A DNA stretch of 64,000 bases from assembly GCA_020891255.1 (NCBI GenBank), contig BQFW01000014.1, forward strand, positions 434,001-498,000, given 5' to 3'. A program made the translations under genes and the position numbers. This document shows, in pieces, positions 34,410-47,255 of the stretch. The stretch is from Entomortierella parvispora E1425. Its lineage: Eukaryota > Fungi > Mortierellomycota. Within the stretch, counting starts at the first letter, position 1. Each line of letters opens with the position of its first letter. The notes beneath the pieces were generated by a model, which saw only the letters and a program-made list of their open reading frames with translations, ran no database searches and was not told where the DNA came from.

Positions 34410-37317
34410 ATGAAGCTACTAGAGTCCAACAAGACTAATTCCAGTGAAGTCCCTACAATATCTATCGAGACCACCCAACCTCCCATACCGTCTGCGACCA
34501 CGATAATAGATCCCCCTCTAGAAACCATCGATATCCCCCAGGTCTCAGCTGCCTCATCTTCAAGTTCTCCCACAACATCCGCACCGTATACATGGGCGCC
34601 GGAACAGGGGTTCTTGGACAAAGCCAGCAGCAGCAACTCTTATCCTTCTGTTCATGTTTCCCCTTTTGCACATCCACTCGACGTGCAGACTTCCTCTGAA
34701 GAGATTCGTTCTTCGCGGAACGATCACAACAGTGGGGATGACTTCCTTCCTATGACCCCAGGAGAGGACATGGTATTCGATAGAGGACTTCTCTTCTCTA
34801 CCCACCGGATACCAACAGTTCGCTCCGATCCCAGCCATGCCGTTCATAGCTCTCCCCTTCCTACATTCCCTTCCATGAACAGGACTCATTCGGATCCAGA
34901 GGCGACGACTTTAAGGGTCGAGAACTCGACAGTCGTTGAAGGACGAGAAATTCACTCAACGCCCATTTACATGCCTCAGATCCAAGAGCCCTTGACAGCA
35001 GAAACCTTGTCCACTTACGCTTCCAGCACCCATTCATCAAAGTCATTGCAACACCCAATCATCCCACCGCCCCGAACGCCCTCACCCGCTGCCCAGAGTC
35101 AACAACAGCGTCTTTCCCCTCAAAATCAACCGCATCCACGAGTCATCAGTCCCAGTGCCTCGCACCAATCGCTTCATCATTTGTTAAGAAATGGCACCGG
35201 AGGTTCAGGAGCCAGCAGCAGCAACAACGGTGGTGGCTATTCATATACCCAACACTCTCTTCGACCTGATTCCGTGTGCTCATTTCCAGACAGTTCTCCT
35301 CTGATGGCCCCTAATGTATTAGCAGCGGTCAATGCCCGGCTACGGGAGTCGCATCGTCAGCAGGCTCAGGCTCAGTGTTCGTCTTCTTCGACTTTGACGC
35401 CTCGACCCATGCAAGAAACTATAGGCGGGAACAGCACAAGAGGTACTTCCAGGGCCTCGAGTATATTTGCTACCTCCCCGATGACCCACAGCACAATCCT
35501 AGAGCACTCGGGATCTATTATGAGTCGTGAGGACCTGTATGACTTCTTGAACCGAGAGGACGAGGAGGATGAGGAGGACGACCATCATCTGGGTCGACCC
35601 AAGCCTGGGTTTGCGTCCTCACTCGCAGGGGAGTCATCGCGCCGCAACTCAAACTCGACGTCAGATGGAAGCAGAATCGAATTGAACGCCAGGAATCGCA
35701 ACATTGATGGCAAAGTGCCTGCGCCAGCACCCGCACTAATGAGCAAGGGTTCGATCCACAGCTCCAAACAGACAGAGCTTAATTCGGGAGCCCTGGCCGC
35801 TCAAAGCAACATGAGGGAGGATCATTCTTCCGTAGACTCGTCAGGTTCCGCCATTTACGCCGAGAAAAGTAAATGGCTGCAGAAGAATGGCAGATCAACA
35901 CGGATGTGGCGGCGTACCTGTTGTGCAATTGGTGTGGTGATACTAGCGGCGACTATTGCTGGAATCACTCTGGGCTTTGTCTTGCGCAAGGGAAAGGTAG
36001 ACGGCCTTGCACCACCTCCGTAAGTATCCATTCCCCAAGACAGTCAAGCGCAAGTGCCTTGAAGTCCTACCATCCAAAACTCACGTCTTCATTTATTCAT
36101 CTCTTGTTTCGAAATAGCAATCCTAGCCAACCCGACGATCCACGAACACCGCTCATTACCAATTTCCCGCCCGATCCAAACCTGCACAAATCCTTCTACG
36201 GACTGGACTACAACCCAGCCAAATCTCTCATGCCTTGGTGCGGGATGCAACTCCAGGACGTGATCAACGACGTCAATTTGATTTCGCAACTCACGAACCG
36301 AATTCGCCTCTATGGCATGGATTGTGACCAGGCTGCCTTGACGTTCCAAGCCATCAACCTTCTCAAACTCAACGAAACCATGAAAGTTGTCTTGACGGTC
36401 TGGGTCGACCAGAACACGACAACCTATGAACGCCAGCGAGATACCCTTTACAAGGTCCTGGATACTTATGGAACCAGTATGGTCCAAGGCGTCAGTGTCG
36501 GCAATGAGGTCTTGTTCAGGAAAGACATGAACCTGACAGCTCTTTCAGCGCTGATGAAGGATGTAAGGACGACCATCCAAAGCCGATACAAGGTCAACAT
36601 CCCTGTCTTTACATCCGAGATTGGAAACAACCTCAATTCTGCTTTGGCGGCTGTTTCGGATGAGCTGGAGGGGAATTTGCATCCATACTTCTCAGGAACT
36701 GCCGTAGCGGATGCAGCAGCCTGGACGTTTCAGCAATATGACGACAAGATCACATCGAATCCGACGCCGTTAAAGTTGAAGGGAGCGATTTCTGAAGTGG
36801 GATGGCCCTCCGCACCAGCGTCGGCTGTTTATCGTAAGTCCTTTGTCAGTTTTGGTGACAGGGCCCAGCCTGATGGGCGGTGGTCCATCCAAGACTATTT
36901 TGCCTGCACTGTTGGAGAACTTGATGCTTGTCAGTTGACATTTTGCCTCTTGTCTCCCTGTTTTTCTCATTTGATTTAGCTGTGGCGTCTGTCCCTGGAC
37001 TTGCCAACATGCAAACCATGATCGATACTTTTATTTGCCAGGCCAACAACCAATCCATCCCTTGTAAGTATCTCAAAGAGGCGTCAAGCGCTAAAGTCTT
37101 CATCTCGCCTCAACAAGAAACGATGCTTGCGAAAGCAACTGTGGTTCAAAAAGGAGTTTTTCTCACGGATTGTTGCTCTGTTTATCTAGACTTCTGGTTC
37201 GAGTACAAGGATGAGCCTTGGAAAACAGACCCAACCGTTCCAGTAGAGCCGTTCTGGGGCCTCTTTGATAAGGATGGAAATCTCAAGGTGACGATACCAA
37301 ACTGTCCAGTATCTTGA
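34410..37317 (+). CDS. GH17 beta-1,3-glucanase/transglycosylase, type II membrane protein (BtgC-like)
   Basis: About 500-aa Ser/Pro-rich N-terminus, TM helix CCAIGVVILAATIAGITLGFVL, then SFYGLDYNP, RIRLYGMDC, VSVGNEVLF and ISEVGWPS (both catalytic Glu), FWGLFD; four exons. Confidence 0.92.
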
Positions 37318-38307
37318 GGATGCTATCTTGGAGTCGTGGATCTTACAGACCTATCCGTATTAATAAAAGTCCACTCCGTGCCCCACAATGGCTGCTCCGC
37401 GCACATGCGATTGTACTTTTTTTTTTTTTTTTTTGACTTTGTGCTACTCTGTGGATGTCTACTGGCACCGCTCTGCCCAGGACTGACAGGAGCTCAAGCC
37501 ATATCCCATGGATGAGTTGACAGCTCTACGATGAAGATGACAGACCATTGGCTCTAACGAAAGATGGGATATATGGATCCAATCGAGAGAAAAAAACTTT
37601 GACAGTGGACCATGGTATTGTCATGCTCTTGGGGAATGTGTGATCCAAAAGATAAGGACCGTAGTCGCCTTGGCGGTTTGTTTGTTAATGACCAGATCAA
37701 AATAGACCAAGTAGACGGGATATAGCTCCAAAGTTCCAAAGTCCCCAAGACCAACTGAGTGGGACCTTGGACAAAAAACATGCCTCAGGTCCGATATAAA
37801 AAATTTTATACAATACGCGGACGCGCTTTCGTTCTTTTTTTCATGAACACAGGGGGGCACTTCCAAGATTGGCCAATGGCAATGGAAAAGAACGCGAAGC
37901 TTACAGCGTCTGTTGGGACGAATGACGGCGCGAATGTTCAACCGCAAAACAACAAACGGCCGCCGCTCTTTTAGGGTCGAAAAATAACATTTTTTTTCGG
38001 GCTGGGGTCAGGCGGACAGCAAAAAGACAAAATGGGCTGGGGGCGAGGGGGACAGAGCGGATGATGGCAAAGGAAATGAGGCGAAGCAGGCACAACAAAC
38101 AACAACAACAACAAAAAAACGTTCCTGCAGCTTCAGGGTCGCGACAGAAAATCGTGTCGAAACACATAGAAAGAGTGCCATCGATGCATTAAGGCGACTT
38201 TTAGTTATATAATCATTACTATTCTCTCCTTTCTCGTCTACAGAAGAAGGAAAGAGAGAGTAGGAGAGAGAAAGAGGGGCGGGAGAGGAGTAGAGAGGAG
38301 AGACTAA

Positions 38308-38730
38308 CTAGTTCACCTTGGCCAGTTCAATGCTCAGGTTCGTCTGGGCACGCTGTTGGGCATTGTACTTGGGAAGACAGCAAATCAGAGCAAAGGGTCC
38401 ACAGCAGATGAACCAGGCGATATCGGAGCAGCCAATCTGGTTATCCTGAATCTCCTTCTGATACTGGGCAATAAGAGCGTCGTTACGCTGATAGGTCATG
38501 ACCGTAGGCTGCTGGGGCTGCTGGTTGTACTGAGGCTGTTGACCATTCGGGGCTTGCGGCTGCTGCTGGTAGTACTGATGCTGTGGAGAAGTCTGTTGTT
38601 GATTCATTGGAGGTGGGTACTGTTGATTGTACTGTTGCACCACAGTTGGCGGCGATTGCTGTCCATACTGCTGATAAGCAGGAGATGGAGCCTGAGGCTG
38701 GACCGTGTAGCTTTCTTCTGGCTTCTGCAT
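38308..38730 (-). CDS. Small Gln/Pro/Tyr-rich protein with a Cys-rich hydrophobic segment (CYSTM-like)
   Basis: MQKPEESYTVQPQ...IGCSDIAWFICCGPFALICCLPKY...; TC-rich leader upstream. Confidence 0.75.
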   Translation of the reverse strand: MQKPEESYTVQPQAPSPAYQQYGQQSPPTVVQQYNQQYPPPMNQQQTSPQHQYYQQQPQAPNGQQPQYNQQPQQPTVMTYQRNDALIAQYQKEIQDNQIGCSDIAWFICCGPFALICCLPKYNAQQRAQTNLSIELAKVN

Positions 38731-39753
38731 TGGACTTGGGGTAGAAGGGTAAAGTGATGAGTGATGATGAGGGAAAGAAGAGGGAAAGAGAAGGAACAAA
38801 GAAAGAGAGAGAAAAGAAGAGTCCCGCACGAACGGCCTCCCCTTTCTCTCTTCCCTGCGACCAAAGAAACAGTCAGAGTTTGGCATTGACAAACGCAAAT
38901 AGTTGATCTAAAGGGTAAACCACATTGGAGCTTTTTGAAGGCGGTTCCTGCGGTCGGTTCGCGTGCAGTAGGCTGAGACTTCAAGCTGGCCAGGTCCAAC
39001 GTCTGTGCGTTGGGATGCCTTCATTTTTGCGCCACAAGTAGTTCACCACCTTCGGGTGGTGAACGGTCCAGATAAGATCTGTGGCTCAAAATTGGGAAGA
39101 AAAAAAATATCCAGGGACAACCGAAGGTTTCCTGGTCATTTGTCTTGTCGCAAAGTCCATGGTCTATGAATGGGGACGACCCGGCTCTTGGTACAGATGT
39201 TCATATTACCTTATCTTGCAACAGTGCAGAAAAGATGTAGAGACCGAAAGTAGGCGCCCCGGGGAGCGTAGGTATTGGTACTTCATGTTTTAGGGCCGGT
39301 TGTTGAGAGTCGCCATTGCACAACGGGAATGAACAAGGAACCAAGGTTTTCCGTCTCGTGAAAACTGTGTAACTTCCTTCTGAATGAATGGCCTGCTCAT
39401 TATTACAAAAATATCAAGAATGCGTTCTGGTGTCCAGCTTGAGTCCATCTGAGGAGACCTTTTCACTAGGGCGACAGAGCAGTGGCAGATTCAATCGTTG
39501 CTTGTTGTCGTACATGTCATGTTGATAAACATCACTTCACAAGAAAATAATCGTTTCTGATATTGTTGCAGAGCCTTCCTGGCTCTCGCCCTTCCGCTGC
39601 TGCGTGCCAGCGTCCCCCGTCTTGCCGTTCTGCGCCATCCTCGGTCGTTTTCTGCTCAGCAACATGTTTTTTTTTTCTCTTTTTTCTTTTTTCTCTTCTT
39701 GCACGCCTCTTTTTTCCCCATTCATCCTCCCCTTCAGCGACAGTGAAGCAACC

Positions 39754-41540
39754 ATGCTTGCGAGAGCAGCCCTAGCCCTATTAGCACTGACAACTGCCCT
39801 GGCGGTAGTAGTCGCTGCGTCAAATCCTGCCTCATCCTTACCCGTGGAGGGTTATGATGAGCCACTCAACTCGGTTGACAAGTCCAAGAATCCTGCCTCC
39901 GCCCAGAAGTGGCCACTTAATCTTGTTGGGGCAGACCGTTCAAAGTCTGTGGTCATCTTGCAGGGTATTAGAGTGCCAGCTTTCATCGCCGACCGGCTCA
40001 ACAGGTACCCAACTGGATACAAACCCCCTCCCTACACGTACGGCAACAGTATTGATAGTTGGGGCTCAAGCAATGATGAAGAGTCCATGAATGGCGAAAA
40101 AGTGGACAGTGAATGCCTTCCGCGCCCCGGCGATGCACAACATCCCTTCAGGGAAGATGGTGGCAACATGAACACGCCCCATTTGAACTCGCAAGGGCTG
40201 CCGTGCAAATCCAAGAAAGAGTGGGCCATTGGCATTGGTAAGTTGTATTCTTGGTCATTGCTGTGTCTTCTTTGGCTATCTCTTTCTTATATTTCTCTTG
40301 CTGTTCATATATAGACTTGAGGGAGAACGAGTTCTCAGTTGGAATTGTCCATGATGAAGGCAAGCCAGAGCTGATTTTGAATGAGGATGGCCAGCTCTAC
40401 ACCCCGGCTTACGTCAAGTTCATTAGCGACGCTCATCGTGCCATTGTTGGTCACTCTGCCTTGAGCACTGGCAACAACACCACCAGCATGGATGACTACG
40501 AAACAAAGAATCAGGTGGATCTCTCCAAGCTCAAAGACACTAATACATACAAAGTCTACCCCCAGGATGTTTATTTCGGATTGCGTGACACAGTCCCAGG
40601 GAAAACTGCTGCTCAGGTGGAGGTTGATATTTTGACTGTTCTGATGCAACGCGCAGTGGATATGGCTGAAGCGTACACTGGAGGAGAGGTTAGCGACATC
40701 AAGATCACCTACCCCAAAAAAGTTCTGAAGTATGGACCCCGAGGACCCTCTTTTTTGAAGTTCACTGAATTCGATGAACGACGAGAACAGGCTGTAGAGA
40801 TGGCCGGGAATCAATTGGAGAAAACTGTGCGGACCGGTACTTTTACGGAGGTTTTGGCCTTGATGTTTGCTCATGTCCCATTCTTTGAGTCGCATCTTCA
40901 ACCGAATCCCGACGTGCCAAAGGATGATCCTGTATTCTTGTCCCAGATGGTGCTCATGTACAACCTGCGAGACTCGTCTGAGGATCTAGTGGTGATGAGA
41001 TACACAAAGGGTTATCGAAGCGCCTACCACCTGGATTTCTTGGCCGGATACCTTCCCAACGATGGCAACATTTACATCCAATTCTCACAATACCTTGCTA
41101 ATTTTGCTCTGGACCGTTTCAACCGCGGAGTCGGCGCAGGTGGAAAAGACAGGGGCCGCAAGGATGCCATCAGTCCGGAGCTCCTCCCCGCATTCGAGGC
41201 GGCGGCCAAACGGATGAGCGATTCCTTGGAAGATGAGAAGGCTCTGCTTATGTTCCGCATCGCCAAGGACTCTTCTGTCATCATCACCCTCAAGGAATAC
41301 AGGGAGTGCAGGATGCAGTTCTTGAAGGAGCGACTCCAAAAGTCGGTTCGACAAGTTCTCGAGGATGCCGCCCTTATGGATGACAGCAAGATTGATCATT
41401 TGATTGTTGCGGATGACTCTGAATTCAAGTCCGCATCGACAGTTGTATTGGAGAACATTGTTTTTGGAAGACGGAGCCACAAGAAAGCCGTGAGTGAGGT
41501 TGATCCAAAGAAGGCGATCGCTCTAGGTGCATGTACGTAA
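39754..41540 (+). CDS. Secreted/ER Hsp70-like actin-fold protein with degenerate nucleotide-binding motifs
   Basis: Signal peptide; intron 40238-40314 gives WAIGIDLRENEFSVGIV...ILNEDGQLYTPAYVKF...IVGHSA, colinear with the Hsp70 NBD through EVDPKKAIALGA. The 3' end is uncertain (possible extra exon 41628-41710). Confidence 0.75.
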
Positions 41541-43284
41541 AGAAAGCCACTGCAATAAACTTGGGCCAAGTTTATCGTGCAGTCGGGGAGGTCATGTCCA
41601 AATAGAACGTTGAGGCAAGATTCCTAGATGCTGCATCCAGTTTCGACAGGTCGGCAAGATCCACGAACAGTAGGCTAGGTCATTTGGCTGCTGAGATTGA
41701 CAATCTATAATAAACCAAAAAAAAAAAGTCGTTACTTGGATTCTGATGAACTTCCCGAACCTCTGGCGCCAAGCTCTTGGAAATCCTTGAAGGGTCCTGT
41801 AGTCACCAGGAGCGTGTGTTCTCGTCTATCAAAAGCGTCCAAAAAGTTGGAAATCCATGCTGGAAGATCTATTCCAATCAAAACCTAAAGGCTTGAACAA
41901 GCTCTTGGAGAAATAGCATGGAGACTCCCAAACTCCCACATAAATGAATTGTGGCCCTGATCAGCATGGTGCTCATGGAAGGAGAAACCATATCGCAATG
42001 AATAAACGCTCAGCAAAAGTTCCCAAGATTTTTTTTTTTCGCTCTGAGGGCTACATGGAAGGTGGACTATATTGTGGGTCGGGCGTTCTTTTCTAGGGTC
42101 TATTTTCTCTCGAAGGTCAAGGGTCCCTTTTTTGAGTCAATTGTGCTTAATGTTCTAGACGATGCACAACAAGCACCAGCTGTAACTACCTCGCGTTTCC
42201 AGAGATGGACGGAAAAAAGTGACAGGGTCCGATAAAGCCTGCATCGTCCAGCACGTCCATTCGCCACATTTTTTCTTACCGTCGGAAGAGGCAGCCTGAA
42301 GGATGCCCGGATACATAGATTGTTGTTTCGATGAGTCAAAGATGAGCCGTCTTTGGCATGCGGAATTGTCGTGTGGTGTTTCTGTCGACAAGGCGAGAGA
42401 ACTCTACTGGAAGCAAACAAAGGAAGGAAGAAGGAGGAGTAAGCTTGACCAAACAAAAAAAAAACACAGTAAAACCTGTTCCTCGTCCACTGACAGATCT
42501 AGGTCGGAAAAATAATTTGATTGCTCAACAATGGGCAAAACACAACCGCCTGGCCCCCTCCACAAAGGGCTGATCGTTGGACCAAGGAAGGAGAGAGCAC
42601 GATCACCGTGCGCTGTTGGTGCTCTCTTACTTGATTCGTGAACCTGGCTCCACCTCGCAAATTGGACATTCTCACATGTTGCCTCTGTTCGTCTCAATGT
42701 CAGAGTACAGGATCTTTGAAGACACCGCTCTCCAAAAGCAGAAGTACCTAGACGCAGAGAAGGGACTTTTTTTGACCGCTCTGATTCATGGACTTCTGGC
42801 AACATTGAAAGCAACTGGACGTCTCGGCGAAATGCTTGGTTATTCAGATGAAAATCGAACTGGAGGGTGATCCGAGGGTCTCGAGCGTTGTCGATATTGA
42901 CCAACAAGGGACATGACAAAACATTTTTGTCAACATGGACACCTCGTGAATGCTCACGGACACAGAGTCTACTGAACTCTCTCCCCCTCTGTCGAAAGAG
43001 CTGTCCGCTAGGCAAGGTCGGTAGAGCAGTGGGCCTTCTTCTTTCCTACTCGTCCTTGGAGTCAATGGTAAACATCTACAAAAAAAACACCAAGTAACAA
43101 CGACCCTCACCCAAGGTAAACAGCAGCATCATCTTCATGCTTATAAAGACGACTAAGGTTGTCCGCTTGAGGATCTTTGTTTTTCAACTGACCACCTCCC
43201 TCACGACCCCTACCCTTCCATCCACTTTCATCGTCCAACTCTTCCTCCATTCCTCAGCACAGAAAAAAACACCCTTCGCAAAAG

Positions 43285-43890
43285 ATGCAGGCCACCACCC
43301 TTCGCTATCTCACCACCCTGGTCGCCTTCTTGTGCTTTGTCTGCTTTGGCCTCGACATTGCCCGTGTTTGCTTTGACCCTGCCGAGAAAAAGTCTAAGAA
43401 CACCGTCTTGGTCTTCATCACCGACATTGTTGGTCTCCTCCCCTATATTTTCCTCACCTTGCGAATGAACAAATCCAGCAAGCAACATCGATTCATCTCG
43501 GTCCTCTATCGCATTCTGTTTTTCGCCTTGGTCATGATTGCCCCCTGCCTCGAGCTTCGAGATGCTCATACCTTGAACAAGATGCTCAACGCGGAAGGTC
43601 CCACCGCTTTTGAGGACCCCGTCTTCCTGGGATGGCTCGATGACGATCTGGGACGCTACTGCTGGGGTGCGGTCCGCCCTGCCTTGGAAATGGCTGACCC
43701 AACTCAGAACATCCACAGCGCCTGTATTGCCTTGAGGACGAGGACCATGCTGAGCTTGATCGTCGCGTTCTTTGTCTTGATCGAACTTGTCTTGTACAAA
43801 AAGTCGAGTATCGGAACTGAGGCATGGGTGCAGGAACGTACGTCTTACAAGGCAGAATCGCACGATGGCGAGAAAAGGTCCGAGGTTTAA
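43285..43890 (+). CDS. Four-TM protein, third member of the family at 16150-17738
   Basis: FVCFGLDIARV, ITDIVGLLPY, YRILFFALV, CIALRTRTMLSLIVAFFVLIELVLY match the motif order of the other two. Confidence 0.78.
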   Translation: MQATTLRYLTTLVAFLCFVCFGLDIARVCFDPAEKKSKNTVLVFITDIVGLLPYIFLTLRMNKSSKQHRFISVLYRILFFALVMIAPCLELRDAHTLNKMLNAEGPTAFEDPVFLGWLDDDLGRYCWGAVRPALEMADPTQNIHSACIALRTRTMLSLIVAFFVLIELVLYKKSSIGTEAWVQERTSYKAESHDGEKRSEV

Positions 43891-44407
43891 ATAAATAAAT
43901 AAAAAAAAGACCACCACTCTTTTGCTCTTTCCACAGCAGCAGTAGAATCTGCCTGGGTGGTCGAGGATCTTGGAAACAGAGATAATCTGTAGAGTCCGTC
44001 TACCTCCTCCTTCATGACCTCAATTTACGAAATAATAATAATACGAATCCTTGGAACGGCATGGTGCACTGCATGAGATGTTGGGTAAATGACTAGTTTC
44101 TGTGATCGTCAGTCGCGTGTTTTGTTCCTCCTGAAGTTTCCCAGATGGTGACGTTGCTGTCAATGCATACACATAAAAGTACCTGAAGGACAATGGATTC
44201 TTGAAGACAAGAAGTGCAACACCAATGCAGGCCAAAGCCGATTGTACATACCTGCCATTTATTTTCTAGGGTGACCCAAAACTTTTTTCTAGTACAGCTC
44301 TCATGTCTGCACCAAGTTTGTGATATATGGAGGAGCAGATGCACTCGAGGGCGAGCAAAGAAGCAAAGATAAATATAACAATAGAATAAAAAAAATAACA
44401 TCCAGAT

Positions 44408-46825
44408 CTATGCATCGACGGCATCCCAGTTATGCGATGTGGGATCCACGACCTCGCCCCGCTTAAACGCCTCTCCATCTTTCTGTGCGATTCTATCAAT
44501 GTCTACATAGCCGTTTGAGAGAATCGATTCCCGACGCGATAGCTTGTTGACTGGAGCTCCCAACAAACAACTTTCACCGAAATCCCACTCGGCATCCTTA
44601 GGTTCAAGCTGCAATTGATCCGTGGATCTCAATCCCAAGTCCTTGAGAACCTGCTGCATCTGCTCGGGGTTGTTGGTATATCGCTCGCGATGTTTCTGGT
44701 GTCCGCCTCCAGTCATCCAATAACCGAATTCCAAGTACCGGTATACGCCAGAGTTCTTGTTTCGGTACAACCCACCGTTCCACCACAGAGGACGACCGGT
44801 ATGGTCCTCGTGAAGTTGAGCACCGCAGACGGATTTGTCATTGTCTTCCCGAAGTTCTCCAATGACACCTCCATAGTTGCGCATGAAGGCATAGGGTTCT
44901 TGGATCATCTCGAATCCGCTCCAGAACGTTTCTTTGTCGCCATGGAACACTCTGTAAGAGACAAGGTCACGCTCCCACTTGCCATTCATCTTGCAGGTTG
45001 CCAGCATGCCCAAGAATCGAGTCTTCTTGTTAATCAAGACCACACCGGACTCTTGCTCATGCATCGAGACCATCCTGTAAAGGCGGGATGTTGGTGGGAA
45101 GGATGAGACAATGGGCGTGACCGATTTGAGCCAGTTCATAATGTTGTCATTTCCTGCAAAGAGGGTTCTGTCGTAAAAGAAGAGGGCTCCTGTTGCCTTG
45201 TATCCTGGATCGTCAAAGAGCATGACCGGGTCCTAATGAGAATAGATACAAAAAGTTCAACGTTAGACTTCAAGAACAATGGAAGTCAATTAACCCAAAG
45301 TGGGCTCCCAGAGTTGACAGAAAGAACAACTAAACTCACCTGCAAAAAGTAGGCGTCTGCATCAACAAACATGACTTCCTCAAAAGATGAGGCCAGCATA
45401 GCAAAGGGCTTGATAGCCCACCCTCCAAGCTTCATGTAATCATTGTCCAAGATCTGGGTCACATCCACGACCTCAATGTCGTTCGCCAACTTTCGCAAGT
45501 ATGTCTGTCGCTCTGGAGAGAGGTCGTAGTTGCCCATGTGGAAAACCTGAATGGGCACAGTAGACTTCAGCCGATTGCGAATTGCCTGAATCGAGGTCAC
45601 CACAAACTCAAATTGGCCGTTGCCGGCGCAAAAGACGATACCACGGCCCTTGTAGGAGCGCATCAACGAGAACGATGTTTGGCGAGCATAGTGCAGCCAA
45701 GGGAACAAGCGCTTCTCCAACCGAAGGAAAAAGTCAATCTCGGGTCGGGTCCTGGCCATCTCCAACAGAATTCTTTCCCGATCTCTATCACGCCCAGAGA
45801 GGTTCTCATAAATGGGGCGAACATGGTGCCAGAGAGATTTGTACAGCTTTTCAGCCCTGGCCAACTCGGCCATGTTGATGCGATCAGGTTTTCCATTTAG
45901 GTCATCGTTCTTGCTGTATTCCTGCTTCAGCATCTGCAGCTTGAGAGCATAGCCGACCGTGGTATCGAGAAGATCGGTGTCCTCCTGAGTCCATGGGGGG
46001 AGGTCCTGAGGAATAGCGACGTCATGTGTTTCGAGAAGACTGTCAGGGACCTAGAGGGTGTGGTGAAAGAGTTGCCGACATGTTAGGGTCTAGAGTGCAA
46101 TAGTACCCAAAGCCTGTGCCCCTTCCTCTTATCGATCGGATTGCGTCTGCCCTTGTGTTCCTGCACAGGGTGGGTGGTTCCAAGGGAACATCCTCAGTCC
46201 CGTTCCCCGTGAAAGACGATATTTTTGATGAGGGTCCAGGCTGAAAGTTTCGGGATGCTCTCAAATTGTGCAACGGACTGGACTGTCGGGAAGACGTTGA
46301 GATCCTCTGTCCCTCTTGGTCTTGGTGGAAGGTACTCTCGCCCTTGCCTTGCGCCTTTGTTCCTCAGCGCCATTTGCTAGTGCCTGTCTCTTTGAGCATC
46401 CCGGGGTTTCATTGTCGCTTGGTCGGTGATATATGCAGGCGCCAATTGCCCATGCACAGGCTGAGGAAGGAGGGGCAGCAGGGAGGAGGAACGACGAAGG
46501 GGCAGCTAGAAGATGACTGACGACAGCAGCGACAAGAATAACCCACAACAGGAGCAACGACCCTTTAATTAAAGATCATCGCTGCGTCATTGGCTGCTAG
46601 CCGACTTTTTACCTTGAAGGAGGGGACAGGGGTGCGCTGCCTGCTTTCCCTACGGCCCTCGAATGAGTCTTGGCTGTACCGACTGTCGCTGTTACTGCTG
46701 CTGTTACTGCTATACTCATCCCTGCGGAATGAGGGCTGCAGCTGCAGACTGAATGCAATCAGACACAGCACGATCATCAGGCCAATGGCCAGCTTGACCA
46801 TGGGTGACCGTGGCAGAGATATCAT
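44408..46825 (-). CDS. Alpha-1,3-mannosyltransferase (GT71, MNN1/MNT family); candidate exon 2 carries two in-frame stops
   Basis: Type II anchor in exon 1; RGIVFCAGNG, WAIKPFAMLASSFEEVMFVDAD, HEQESGVVLINK, HGDKETFW. Exons 46825-46613, (46505-46107), 46050-45340, 45232-44408. Confidence 0.85.
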
Positions 46826-47213
46826 GCTGTTGTGATGAATGCAATGAGGGAGTGAATGGAAAAGGGAGAGGAGGAGAAGGAAGGGAAAAGGGAGAGGAGG
46901 AGAAGGAAGGGAAAAGGGAAGCCACCGCCGTGAAGGATTGAATGGAGTCAACGGGGGGCGGTAGAAGAATGAAAGGAAGGAAAGAGGAGGAGGAGAGGAG
47001 GAGAAAGAGGAAAGATGACGAAAGAGGAGTGGAATGGGCTGAGTGGGTGATGGCAAAGGATGAAAGGAAAGGAAAGGGAAGGAAAGAAAGGAAAAAAGAA
47101 AGAGAGGGCGGCGGAAGAGGGCTGGATGGGCAAAGGCGGCGGTTTGTGTGTTTGTTCAGTCAAGATTGCGACGATGGATCCCTTTGTTCTTGTTTCGTTG
47201 TTTCCTTGTCCAT

Positions 47214-47255
47214 TGTTATCCTTGTCCTCGTCCTTGTCCTCGTCCTTGTCCTTGT
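47214..47255. repeat. Hexamer repeat (TTGTCC/TCGTCC)n
   Basis: Direct reading in the GT71 upstream region. Confidence 0.8.
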
